This document shows positions 23,441 through 36,585 of a stretch of DNA of 64,000 nt, piece by piece. The notes beneath the pieces are model-generated. The model was not told the DNA's origin. It did not search any database and saw only the letters and a program-made list of their open reading frames with translations. The DNA is taken from the NCBI RefSeq assembly GCF_041146345.1, contig NW_027191417.1, positions 1,054,001-1,118,000 of the forward strand. Reading direction: 5' to 3'. Position numbers and translations under genes: made by a program. The stretch's first letter is position 1. The number at the start of each line of letters is the position of its first letter. This stretch comes from Neodothiora populina (lineage: Eukaryota).

Positions 23441-26340
23441 ATGGGTGACAAAGAGGAAGACTTCAGCAACCTACCGCTGCCCGAGCGCTTTGCACATAAA
23501 GTATGGAAGGTGCGCAAGGAAGCCTATGAGGCAGCCACCAAAGAATTCAAGACCGCTCAACCCAACTCTCCCATTGTGCGAGAGTTCACCCAGGATTCAG
23601 GTCTATGGAAGGCCGCTGTTGCCGACTCCAACGTCGCTGCGCAACAAGAAGCTCTCATCGCATATGGCGCATTCCTGGAGATCGCCGGACCTAATGGCGC
23701 CTCCCGGTAATTCTTATCTCACCACGCGTGCAGCTACGTCGCTTGGAAAGATGGTTACTGACATACCTGCTCATAGCACGCGCTCACATACCATCCAACC
23801 GATAGTCGAAAAAGGCCTTACGGGTAGACCGGCAGCTAAAGCGGCTGCCTTGGAGGCTCTTCTGCTACTTATAGAGCTGGACAAGGCCGAGCCCGTCATG
23901 GAAGAGCTCCTTCCTTTCATGACCCACAAACAACCCAAGGTCACCACCGCTGCTCTAGCGGCCTTGACTGCAGTCTACCATGCCTACGGAGTCAAGACAG
24001 TAGAACCCAAGCCCGTCATCAAGCTCTTGCCCAAACCTTATGGCCATGCCGATAAAAACGTCCGAGCAGAAGCCCAGAATCTGACCGTGGAGCTCTACCG
24101 ATGGCTGAAGGATGCCATGAAACCCCTCTTCTGGGGCGAGCTCAAGCCTGTCCAGCAGACCGACCTGGAGAAGTTGTTCGAAAAGGTCAAGGATGAACCG
24201 CCACCCAAGCAGGAGAGGCTGCTGCGATCTCAACAAGAAGCCGCCGAGATGGCTGCCGAAGATCCATCTGCAGGCCAGGTGGAAGATGAAGCAGAAGACG
24301 ACGAAGCAGCTGTCGACCTCGAGCCCGAGTTCGAAGCCGTCGATGTTTTTGCAAAGATGCCCAAGGATCTCAACGAGCGCTTGGGCTCATCAAAGTGGAA
24401 GGACAGAAAAGAAGTGCTCGAAGAGGTTCACACCGCGGTCAACCATCCCGCTATTCAAGAAGGTCCTTTCGATGACTTGATTCGGGGTCTAGCGAAAAGT
24501 ATGAAGGACGCCAACATTGCCGTCGTCACCATAGCAGCGAACATTGTCGAGATACTTGCAAACGGTCTCAAGAAATCATTCGCCAAATATAGATCTTCCA
24601 TCGTCTCGCCCATACTTGAGCGATTCAAGGAGAAGAAGCAGTCCGTCACCGATGCGTTGGCAGCCGCCTTAGATGCAGTCGCTGCCGCTACAAGCATCCA
24701 GGACAACATCGAGGAGATCCTGGAGTTTATGAAGCACAAGAATCCTCTCGTCAAGCTCGAGACCGCCCGCTTCCTCACTCGCTCACTTAAGGCTACCAAA
24801 CAGGCACCGAACCCCCCTGAGATCAAGCCTATGGCCGACGCCGCAATCAAATTGTTGACGGAATCCTTAGAAACGACTCGAAATGCCGGTGCTGAGGTGC
24901 TCGGTGTGCTGTGGAAGATCATGGGAGATAGAAACATGCTCGCTCATCTCGACGGTTTGGATGAAATCAGGAAAACCAAAGTCAAGGAGTACTGCGACCA
25001 GGCTGAGGTCAAGTCAAAGTGGAAGCCCAAGGCCGCTCCACCTCCCAAGCCTGCAGCAGCCCCTGCTGCAAAGAAACCCGCACTCGGCAAGAGACCAGCT
25101 CCCGTTGCGAAGAAAGCAGCTCCTCCGGTACGAAGACCTGTCACACCTATGGAAGAGCCAGAGGAGCCTGCACCTGCGACTACACCATTAGCAGCCAGAC
25201 CTACCAGCCGACCAGCCACAAAGCTGGCCCCCAAGGGCTTGCAAAGACCTGGCATTGGAGGACTGAAAAAGCCTGGCTCCTCAATTGCTTCTCCAAGAAA
25301 GCCTGCGCAACCAGCTGCACCAGTCGAGGAAGACCCGCCTACGCCAGCGCCTCGCGTTGCGGCTCCCGGACGCAGCCTTGCAGCACGACCATTGGGCAAG
25401 CCCAACTTTGGCCAAAGCATTGACACGCCTCCAATTGAGCAAGCCCCACAACCACCTACCCATAACTCGACATTGAGCAATGCAGAACGCGCAGAGCTTT
25501 CTGATCTGCGATCCGAAGTTGAATACCTCCGTCAGCAGAATAGCGATCTGCGGACCGACAAACTCAAACTTGGCAGTCAGATCCACGAGCTACAAAACCA
25601 GAATGCTCAGCTCATCGAGGACCACACTCGCGATGTGCTCGGCATCAAGGCCAAAGAGACTCAGCTCGTTCGCGCCAGGAGTGATGCCGAGGCGGCAGAG
25701 GAACGGGCGTCCGCACTGACGCGCGAAGTCGAGCGCCTCAAGCGCGAGGTCGGTCGACTAGGCAGGCAAGAACGAGAGGACGCATACGCGCATGATCACT
25801 CTAACGGCATGAATGGTAGTATGCGCTTTGATGGCGGCGGCTTCGGCGCCAACCTCGGCCGACCTTCATACGGCGGCACCAAAAGCAGCTACCAACAAAG
25901 TCACAACTCTTTCGGCTCCCGTGATCACGAGTCTACTTCGGAGGGCAAGGAGAATATACCAGACGATTCTGATAACCAGGAGTCTTCGCAGCCACAACGC
26001 AAACTCAGCCCTACATACGGCCTCTTAGCTTCACGAGCGGGATCGAATGGTCACTCGCGCGATCACTCCAGCAGTGGGCGCAACAGTCCGGCGTCCCTTG
26101 GAGGTAGCATATTGGCTGGCGCCAACGGCGGTGCTGCGCCCGAGGCAAGAAGTTCCATGTCTAGGACATCGAGCGATGGAGTCGAGAGCTGGAGGCGTGC
26201 GGCTGAGGTGACACAGAACTTGAAGGCCAGGATTGAGATGATGAAGGTGAGTGAATTTGCTTGCTTGTCGTTCTAGTGCAGGCCTTTGACTAACTACGCA
26301 TCAGGCCAAGCAAGCCAGCCTGGCGAACCGACATGCGTAA
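23441..26340 (+). CDS. STU2: XMAP215/Stu2/Alp14-family TOG-domain microtubule polymerase
   Basis: Exons 23441-23706, 23777-26246 and 26305-26340. TOG signatures HKVWKVRKEAYE and SSKWKDRKEVLE, basic Pro-rich linker, coiled coil, C-terminal SWRRAAEVTQNLKARIEMMKA. Confidence 0.95.
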
Positions 26341-26971
26341 AAGCAGACCGGTTGAGTCTAATGTATTATTGTGATCGAACGTGGTGGCATTGGCATAGGA
26401 GTTCTGGTGTGGATTCCATGCATGAAATGTCCGTATCTGACACGCGGGATGAAATCGGAGTCCTCATAAGCTTCTTCGACAGTGTAGAAGGGGAAAGCTT
26501 TTTTGTGGTCGGGGTGCAGAACTTTTGCCCTCCTTCTTCATGTTTCCCACGCATGCATTTCTTTTTACTCCGGGCTTATGGAGTTTGGAGGGGATGTTTC
26601 TTTTTCTTCCTTCTCCTTGGATTATATACCACTCTGTCTCGTTTGACCCACGCATTTGTTGGGACTCACTTTTGATGCCATCCGCCACGAGCTTTGCTAA
26701 CGTTCTCTTGTACTTTTACATGTTCGTTCGCCATGTCAATCGGAAGGGAAATGTAGAGTACGAAGTTCTTGAGTTTCCGCGAACCACCGACAACAGGATG
26801 ATGTCGGATTCACTGCATGACATTGTTCAAGTGACACGAAAGACAGGGTCACCCCCGGTTGCTTTCGCAGATGACAATTCCCAAAACCTCATATTTCTCC
26901 CATGCCATGCACAACGACACTACATCCCCTACACATGACCCCAAGTCATGCCACGCCAACCAACGATCCAC

Positions 26972-28015
26972 CTAACAAGTAGCAGCGCCCTTAACCTTGG
27001 GCACCGAACTCATGTCCTTGGGTAAATACATAATCTCCGCCGGACACCCATCACCCTCGCCCACGGGCTCCACAGGCACAAAGACGCCATTGGCCACGCT
27101 GCCCCGCACGTTGAACGTGTACTCGACCTGGTACAGCTCGTGGCCGTCGCAGGACAGCGAGGCGGCGGCGCCGTGGCCGGCTCGAAGCGCGGCGAGGATT
27201 TCCGTCTCTGTGTAGTTTTGCGTGGAGCTGGGGTAGATTCCGGCCGAGGCGAGATACTTTAATGGCACTGGTTAGTCATGTTCCTTTTTATTTTATTTTT
27301 TATCTTGAATGTGGGTATGGATGGAGACAGAGAAAGCAAAACAAAGGGAACTCTTACGTCGTAGGTGGGCAGAGACTGGAATAGGTCGACGGTCTGCTGG
27401 AAGAAATCCACGACTTCTTCTTGCGCCGTGTAGTCTGTGTAACACGAAGGATTCAGAGTCGAGTAGCTGTTGATTTGCGGCCGACGAGTCAGTTCGATAG
27501 GTTCCCATATATACAGTACAAGTGCTCATATAAGAGCCCGTGTCGAAAAGGGTGGCGCGCGACAACGGGGTCCTCTGTTGTTCCTCTTCTTACCATGTTC
27601 CGTGCTTTCCCCACTCGTGCTCCCAGAAGCTCTCGTCGCCTCCGCTCTGGTCTTTCCAGTACGTCTGCATCAGATCCAAGAGGTCGTCCCTGCCCGCTGA
27701 TTCAAGGATGCATGAGATGTTCGTGTACTGCCTGTTCTTGTCGCACGTCGACGTGTAGCTTCCATCGCAGTAGTCAGGCCAGAGGCCATGGATGGTCCAG
27801 TGGTCTTCCGGGCCAGTCGCTGGCTTGGTGTCCCAGAACTGCACCTGGAGCACTTGGCCTTGCACCTCGGTGCAGCACGTGTTGGACGAGGTGGACTGGC
27901 AGGACAAAGGTGCCGAGGATCCGAGGGGGCATACGGCGGGCGACCCAGCGAGTACTGTGTCGGATAGTGACAGCGCCACCAGAGCCAGCGGCGACAGAGT
28001 GCGGATGAGACCCAT
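26972..28015 (-). CDS. Secreted ribonuclease T2
   Basis: Signal peptide from ATG at 28015. CAS I WTIHGLWPD and CAS II FWEHEWGKHGTC. Introns 27593-27467 and 27357-27257. Confidence 0.95.
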
Positions 28016-28112
28016 GCCCGAAAACGAGATTATAGCTCCAAAGCTCGAGTATAGAGTTATGGTATGGTGATGTTGATACACTGATGGACCTACCTGGGTT
28101 CGGAAACAACGG

Positions 28113-28120
28113 CTTTTATA
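28113..28120 (-). promoter_or_regulatory. Candidate TATA box of the RNase T2 gene
   Basis: TATAAAAG on the minus strand about 100 nt upstream of the ATG. Confidence 0.45.
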
Positions 28121-29273
28121 CCTCGAAACACTCGATCGTTGCCCGAGTATGTTTTGCCTGAAATGGTCTTAACACGTCTTTACACATGACAGATAGAGTG
28201 CAGCTGGCCTACATCTACAGATAGCGAACGGTCAATTGCATTTGTGAAGCGGCCAACACCGGCAGCGAATGATCCCGCCAAGGCCTTTCGACCTTCTTCT
28301 TCGATGTTGGTGTTAGAGACAAATGATCGTCACCGTGCGATGCAATATATAGTACCTTAGTCGCGGACTATCGGAGCGCTGTAGTGTATAAAACCTAAAT
28401 GTCCAAGCACGTCGCAGGTCGAGTGGCTACGAGCGAAGTACAGCAGTCATCATAGGGTTGGTTTAACGTGCACTAAACAAAGCACAAGCATGCCTCGACA
28501 TAGGGTGAGGTACCTTAAGCTACTGCGCGCACAGGGTACCTCGTACCAAGATACGCCAGGAACACTGACGATAAGCTCCATATTGCGGGTACGATGACAT
28601 GAAACACACAAGAGACATCTTACACAAGGAATATCACACGAGGATTGGTTCAGCTGCATACACAGCATCGCTTGATACGCTATCCTGATCTCGTCACAAC
28701 GATCAATTGTCTAGAGGTACGTGCATTGGTCGTAAACGTGATCCTTTACGGAGTACTGCACTGATTACTTTACTCTTCGTGTTCCTCAACTAGGATGCCC
28801 TTTACAAGTAGTGAGAGATTCGCAAGACGACTCGAATGTGGGGTGAGGATGCAGGTCCGAGGAATACAACCGAGACATCTTCTAGTCAGGCACTAGTGCC
28901 GAGAACCGTAGCGTGCTGGTAAAGAATTATCAATTGAAATGATACTCACCTCTCCTCTCATGTGATTCAGGAGCGCCTTGTAGGATGCGCTGTGCCCTCA
29001 AATACCAAGCCACTGCCTCACATACTAACCCAAAATTCGGAGTTACACGATATTGTAACGTTGCTTAACATACAAGCTCCGTTTGGCTTCACTTACGGAC
29101 CAGACTGTCGAAAGCTTGTCGTCTTGGTAGGTAAATGAGGCGGATCCGAATCAACGAGCATGATTTGTGACGAACTGTTCTGAATCGCCACTGCAATAAA
29201 TTACGATGGTACTGCTCTCAGATGCCCCAATGTCATTCACAGAAACTTTCCTTCAAACGGAATATTTTCCAAG

Positions 29274-30966
29274 ATGGGTGTAACACGTGGGATCGTCGTA
29301 GTCCTGTGGCTAGCTCTCGGTACATTGTCAACTCCCTTGTCGTCCACAGCAATTTTCACAAACACCCGAAGACTCTTGTTTGATACCGATGGCAATCAGG
29401 TAGATGCCTAGTAAGTAGATAATCAAAGCTTGAAGATCAGTGGCATCGACTGACACTGCCGGGCGCATAGTGGAAGCAAAGTCAGCTTTTTCGAAAACGA
29501 ATACTACCTGTACGGCAATAGTTTCAGCACAAAGGGAGAGGCCTTTGGCATAAAGTCCTACTCCTCTGTCGATCTCGAATCTTGGTAAGGGCAGGAATCG
29601 TAAGACTCTGATGGGCTGTGTGCTGATCGCGAACAGGACCTACAATGGGTTCATATTCAATCCTGAAGAGGTGACTGTATGCCAAGGATCTGGAGCGTGC
29701 GGTCGCCCACACATTGTCTACAATCCGAATACAAAGCAGTACATCCTTTGGGCCAATGCAGGGAGCAGTGGCTATGTCGTCGCTTCGGCGAGCAGGCCGA
29801 CTGGTCCCTTCGAGTTCTCGAACATCACGACTGCTATTGACCCTCAATTCAATGGCCTGCAGCCGGCAGATTTTACCGTTGAGATTGTCGATGGGAAAGG
29901 CTACATCGTCTTTTCTGCTCTCAACTTCATGGACCCCAGTGCTGGAAGTATCTGGCCGCCAGTCACACAGACCTTACACATCAGTGAGCTGACGGATGAC
30001 TTGATGAATACCACCATGATCTCGTATCCAGTCGCTTCTACCGCTGATGATCTGATCGATGACGCGGCTGAGTCTCCCGACATCTTCAAGCATGATGGCA
30101 GCTTATACATTTCGGCTAGCAATACGTGTGGTTATTGCAACGGCTCCATAGGACTTTTGTATCGCTCATACAGCATCGAAGGTCCCTGGACCAGACAAAT
30201 CTTGGCGGGTTACTCATGCAATGGTCAGGTCGAAGGTGTTCTCCAATTATCAGATCCCGAGACTGGTAACACCACTAATGTGTGGCATTCCACGACTGTG
30301 CCTGGTGGTGTCCGTACCGGTTGGGGAGGACACATCTTCCAGCCTCTGATATTCGACGGCACGGGTAACGCACAAGAACTAGACTGCTCAGATGATGCTT
30401 CGTTCAGTGTTCCCTTCAAAAAGGGCAATGCCACTACGACCAAAGGAAAGGCGACCAAGGCTGTCGATGCAACTCCTGCTCTGGCAGTGTATGCTCCGGT
30501 GTGCGACTCTGATTCGTTCTTGCTCTACCAGACTTGGATCGCGTCAAAGTCTGGTGAGTTACAAAGCGTCTCGCTCAATGTCGCAAGAGGGTCCCAAACC
30601 GTTCCACTGTCGCTGACTGTGTTCAAATTTGGCACTTACAACGATATTTATGCCCCCAATTATAAGTGGACGAAGCTAGGGAGTGTCTCACTGAATGCGA
30701 ACCAAACGTCGTACACATTCGATACCGTGACTGTGCAGGTGAGCAGCAACGCAACAGTGACCGAGGGTGATCACCTTGGTCTTGCAATTTCCGGTCAGGA
30801 CTTTTCCCCATGGTGCCACCTTGAGTTCTCTACAGACGGTATCAGTGGTCTCCGTTTGTTCCAGCAAGGTCAAGGACAGAACTCATGGCGTGGCTCGAAG
30901 GGCGACACATCTCCTGTGTATGAGAGGACAGGAAAAAGTGTCAAGTTCTTTGCAACTTATGCCTAG
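29274..30966 (+). CDS. Secreted glycoside hydrolase family 43 protein (galactanase-like clade) with C-terminal beta-rich domain
   Basis: Signal peptide, LFDTDGNQVDAY|GSK, YYLYGNSF, CGRPHIVYNP..YILWAN and ESPDIFK, typical of the five-bladed propeller GH43. Introns 29411-29470 and 29585-29636. Substrate uncertain. Confidence 0.85.
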
Positions 30967-31495
30967 ATCAGTCGTCAAGATATAGTGCGTTCTCGTGGCG
31001 TCAGATAAGCCAAATAGAATCAAATCCAATTACCGCATGCAGTACATTATGGCCTTCACCACGACTTGACCATACAAATTCGTGCGAGCGTTCTTGAAGT
31101 GAGCACACGGTATGAAGCAATACACACTTCTTGTAGTGAATGATGTACGGCAAAGCACTGTAGCTTCCAGTTTGTATAGGATGTAAGCATCCATTTCCAG
31201 TGCTCTCTAGCCCTTGGCGCGTAGGTGTTTGTGGCTGAGCGGTGTTGCCGCCAATGTGAACCCTGGTATTTAGATGAATGACAACAATGACATCACAGGA
31301 GATGTGCGAGACACTTGGAAGTGGCTAAGTAGACTACAGTACCTTGTCGAATCGAGCAGAGAGAAACTTGCAATGCCTTGTAATCTCTGGTGCTAGGCTT
31401 GATTATATTTCAGTGAGGATTTGACTCTTCCCCTGGTCTTCTCTGCCATGCCTGTGCGATAGTACGAGAATACAAAAAAGTGTGTTCCGCGAACC

Positions 31496-33082
31496 ATGAA
31501 GCCTCTAATATCAGGCACCCTATTCGGTCCGGCCGGATCTAGAGCGAGGCAGCAATTGGTTTCTGCCTTATTAGATGATACTTACACCACCTGCATCCCG
31601 CATGGATCAGGATATTTCTCAGAGCGCTCACGTGCCTTCGCGACCTGTTCACGACGATCACTACAGAAGAAAGAAGATCTAGATCATCGAGTGGGCGCCA
31701 ACGCCCAACCCGCCCATAAAGTCAGCCAGAACGTGAGCAAGGAAGAGAAGCTGCACTATGAGGAAGTGCTTGAGCACAGCAAGGAGAGTCAGATGCGCTC
31801 TCCTTGGATGCATGAAGGAAGCGATAAGCCTCCGGTCGCGCGGCAACGCTCAGCTGGAGCTATGACTAAGGGTAGGCGGATGTTGTTCAATATACCACGG
31901 GCATCTGATCGCTGATACAATACCGCAGGCAAATTACTCACTACACCCTCTCGTATGCTTAAACTCATCCTCCCACTGAGCACCAAAGACGTGAACAAAG
32001 ACCGCAAGGATCTTGAGCCATTGGCGCTTCTTGTACACCCACAACAACCACTGAGCTACCTCGAACGCCTCATCCAGTCCGAGCTCCCAGTCTTGAAAGA
32101 CGACCAGGGTCACGAGAAAATCCCGGCGGTGCACTTCCGCGCCGAAGATCTTGGAGAAGACGGTATATCTGCCGAAAAGAAAAGCCCGGACGAAAACGAT
32201 GACCCTCAACATGAAGACAACGTGGAGAATGCTGATGAGACAACGATTGATGGAAAAGTCGAGCGCACGGGTAAGATCAGTGGCTCAAAGAACAAGTCAG
32301 AAGACAAGTCAGAAGCCGAGCCCGCTGTCGAGCAACCGCCTCAAGAAGAACCATCTCAGAAGCAACTAGGCCATCGCCAGTACTTTGTTCGATGGAGTCC
32401 CAGCACCGAGATTGGCGACTTCATCCGAGACGCCGCACGAGGGAAGGAGTTCAGTATCGAGATCGAGGGCGCCCCGACTCCCATTTTCATCGCGGTGCCT
32501 TCGTTCAAAGACAGGACATATTATCTCCGTCTTCGCCTACGCAAAACCGCCAAACAGATTGCCTCATTGGCAGACATCAAGACCGAATGCGACAACCTGG
32601 CTCATCGCGGAGCTCAACGAGTCGCCCAAGGCGGATTTGCAATCCTCGTAGGCTGGTGGTACCTCGTCTATCGACTTACCTTCGAGACCGAGCTTGGTTG
32701 GGATGTCATGGAACCCGTCACATACCTCGTTGGCCTGAGTACCTTGATTGGTGGTTACATGTGGTTTCTTTACCACAACCGCGAAGTGAGCTACCGCTCC
32801 GCCATGAACTTCACCATCAGCAGAAGGCAGAGCAAACTGTACGAGCAACGCGGCTTTGATCTCGGCAAATGGGAAAGCCTCATGGAAGAGGGCAACAGGC
32901 TGCGTCGGGAGATCAAGATGGTCGCCGACGAGTATGATGTAGACTGGGACGAACGACTAGAAGAGGGCGACGACAAAGTAGCCGAGGCGCTCAGGAATGA
33001 ACGGAAGAAGAATAACGGCAAGGAAGAAGAGGACGACGAGGATGATGACGACAAGAAGAGCAAGAAAAAGGCGGACAAATAG
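31496..33082 (+). CDS. MCU: Mitochondrial calcium uniporter
   Basis: Selectivity filter WDVMEPVTY between two TM helices, HPQQPLSYLERLIQSE, presequence-like N-terminus. Intron 31872-31928. Confidence 0.96.
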
Positions 33083-33972
33083 TCGTTGGCTGCGAGGCAT
33101 AGAGTGATTGTCAAACGATACTTTTCGCGAGACCAAGTTCGTGGATGCGAGTCAGAGATTGCCACCAGCATAGAATGGCCGCCAACAATTCAGATAACAG
33201 GGGAGACTCTTGCGATGGTAATATAGAGACGAGGTGGGCCTGACTCACAGCATTGCATTACGTTACACCACCTTACAGTCATCTTGTAAATAATCTGTAT
33301 CTTATTCTTTCTTCCTTTCAGTGTCTGAGATCTTCAGGATCTCTCCGGGTGTCAAAATTTCACTCCCTTTGGGACTTCGGGCCTCAAGTAAAGAAAGCAT
33401 TATCCGGTTACCTCAGAGCAGTTCTATTCAGGACAATATAATCGGCGAAGCAAGCGAGAACGCGATGGTACCATCCATCGAACGGTGAGACCAGAAAAAA
33501 GACCGAGGCATTTTATCCAACCCCGCCTTTTTTTTGGAGTAAAAATTGACTCCACTCGGATACGTGCAGCACACAGCAACAGCGCAAAACAGAACCGAGT
33601 CATGCTTATGCATGAGAAAAACCCACGGACAAGGTACAGTCAACGGTGAATTATTTCCGCTTCTCTGCATACAGTACGCACGGTAGAAGCGGCACACGAG
33701 ACCCGGGCGACTCTCCGACTAGGGTTTCGTATGAGATACCTGTACATTATAGTCTATTATGCCTCGGTCAGTTGGTCGTTGGAGACGGAAGCAGTATACC
33801 TAGGTCTTACTCGACACCACCATTTCGACGCTCAATACTTCTCGGTCTTCCTCCTGCTTTTCTTTCTCTCTGAAGATATACTTTGGAGATCAATCCCACC
33901 CTTCTAAGCCGAGGATAGTCTTTCATATCGAACCTATTCTTATAGTCGAAGCTCGACTACCCACCATCAAAC

Positions 33973-35993
33973 ATGCCGTGGAAGTCACGCTGGACGGTAG
34001 ACATACCAAAACTCACAGTCCCATCCTACGTCTTCGGGTCGCCGACCGCAGAGTTAGGAACGACGCCACTGTTGATTGACGCCGAGCGCTCTGACGGGTA
34101 CTGGCTCTCTCACTCGACGTTCCGTTTGTGGAGTCAGCGCCTGGCTCTCGGTCTGCAGAATGCTGGGTTGCAAAAAGGCGATCGCGTGCTGCTCTTCTCC
34201 GGGAACACGCTCTTCTTTCCCGTGGTGTTCAACGGCGTCATCATGGCCGGGGGCATCTTCACGGGCGCGAACCCGACGTACGTGGCCAGAGAATTGGCTT
34301 ATCAGCTACAAGACTCTGGAGCTCGGTTCTTGATGACTTCGGAAGCGAGCCTCAAGACTTCACTTGCGGCGGCCGAGAGTATTGGCTTTCCCCAAGAGCA
34401 GATGTTTGTGTTTGACAGCGGATATGACACTTTTGACAATGTGGGGGAGAGTGTGGGGAAGGTACAGCATTGGAGTCGCTTACTTGCATCGCCAGATCTG
34501 GCGGCTAAATTCGCTTGGGAGGATGCGGCGACTGAAGATGACTTGAACCAGACCGTCACTTTGAACTATTCCTCGGGAACGACTGGTGTACCAAAGGGAG
34601 TGATGATCACGCACAAGAACTATGTTTCAAATTGCGCCCAGGTTCTACACAATGGTACTTTGATGCCAGACCACGAAAGACTGCGAGCCGAGGCTCGATG
34701 GATGTGTTTCCTGCCCATGTACCATGCGTACGGGCAGACTTACTATTGTGTTACGTCGGCTGTTCGAAACACCCCTACTTACATTATGCAAAAGTACGTC
34801 TCTGTCATTTCGTTTCGTTACGACCAGCGCTAACCAATCGTTCAAAAGATTTGACTTTATCAAGCTGTTGGGGCACATCCAAAAGTATCGGATCACAGAC
34901 TTGACCATGGTGCCTCCGATAGCCGTCTTACTAGCAAAACATCCCGACGTCAAGAAATACGATCTGAGTAGCATACGTAGTGTGTCATCAGGTGCAGCTC
35001 CACTAGGACGCGAAGTCAGTGTAGAAGTCGAGCAACTGTGGCCCGCCGGTGTCATGAATATGAAACAGGCAAGTACCAGTGCAGAAATGCTGGAGGCTTT
35101 GATAGTCTGCTAACGCTCCGTAATAGGGATGGGGAATGACAGAGTAGGCGAGCCGGGTTCCAACGACACAGTGTTTGCGTACTGACGAATCACAGAGTGA
35201 CCTGCACGGCATGCGCATGGGACCCAACGCAGACGTCGACGTCCAATGCTGTGGGAGAATTGGTGGGTAACATCGAGGGCCAGATCGTCGATGACATTAC
35301 CGAGCGCGAAGTACCGAGAGGACAACGAGGCGAGCTTTGGATCAGAGGTCCAGTCGTGATGAAAGGATATTGGCGGAAGCCCGAGGCGACAAAGGAAACC
35401 TTGACGAGTGATGGATGGCTAAAGACAGGAGATATCGCCTATCTTGACGAGCAAGGACTATTGTTCATCGTCGACCGCAAGAAGGTCAGAGCAAAACATA
35501 CCAACAATTGGTGTCCTTTGCGAACTAACTCTGGCATAGGAGCTCATCAAAGTCAAAGGCAATCAGGTGGCTCCGGCAGAGCTCGAGGCCTTGCTGCTGG
35601 AACACCCCAGCGTGGCAGATGCTGCAGTAGTGGGTGTGACGATGTAAGTACCGCCTGCCCAGTCTTCGGGAACATTTTGAAGTAACATAAATGCAGAAAC
35701 GGCGAAGAGCTGCCACGAGCCTACCTGGTTCGACAAGTGGGCGCAGACTCTCTTAGCGCGTCCGAAATCCACGAATTCATGAAGAGTAGAGTTGCAAGGC
35801 ACAAGCGCCTCGCTGGAGGTGTCGCATTCATTGCCTCGATACCAAAGAACCCTGTAAGTAGCAGAGTAGTATTTATGCAAGATTGTGATTCTGATGAAGA
35901 TCGAAACAGTCCGGAAAGATATTGCGCAAGGACTTGAGAGAGCTTGCTAAGAAAGAGGTCGGGGACAGCGAGGCCCGCCAGTCGCGACTATGA
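33973..35993 (+). CDS. 4-coumarate-CoA-ligase-like acyl-CoA synthetase, peroxisomal (PTS1 -SRL)
   Basis: AMP-binding motifs [42 protein letters not shown] and PKNPSGKILRK. Six introns starting near 34794, 35069, 35144, 35484, 35644 and 35854. C-terminus ARQSRL*. Confidence 0.93.
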
Positions 35994-36585
35994 TCATACA
36001 AGCATGCTGGTGGCAACAAAGGTCGTGCGTGTCAACAGTGGCGCTGCTTGTTGTTTTGAGGAGCAAAACGCACTGGCGTAGCTTTTCGGGAATACGCGTA
36101 GAATATACAGCAGGCAAAGTAATATAGTCGGTGAGATGTCGAGGTTGAGAAACTTGGCAACATGAATCACATCTGGCGCTCGTTCACGTGGTCAAGTGTT
36201 GATTTAGTGGTAATAATAGCATATGCTTAGCCACAGTGATAGATGACCTAGAGCAGACACTGTAATACTGTACTCCACGTCTAAAGTCGGAGTTGCGGAC
36301 CAGAGCGGCGGCGTTGTCGTGGAGATAATCGATGTTGTTGATTGCCCGGGGGTTCGAAACACAGACACAATGCATGCAACAAATGTACTCGCCTCCAAAC
36401 ACCCCCCCCCCCCCCCATAACCCAAAGAGAACAAATGACGGTGAAGGCGTTCTACGATTGTTCTTTTCTCTTCTGCTTGTTATGATTGAATTGAGCCGGC
36501 ACCTTTCACATTACTCTGCTGGTTAGACTTTCTAGGTAGCATCCACAACCACCCCAATCTGTGTCCTGACTACTTCATCAAAACA

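Noticed and set aside
33973..35993. 4CL-like ligase as the anchor of a secondary-metabolite cluster
   Set aside because: The neighbours are housekeeping genes (MCU, GBD protein). There is no PKS/NRPS, tailoring enzyme set, transporter or cluster regulator, and the PTS1 suggests peroxisomal acyl activation.
36402..36416. C15 homopolymer (also C18 at 54755-54772) as G-quadruplex candidates
   Set aside because: Simple homopolymers with no further support, and length is uncertain given sequencing error in such runs.
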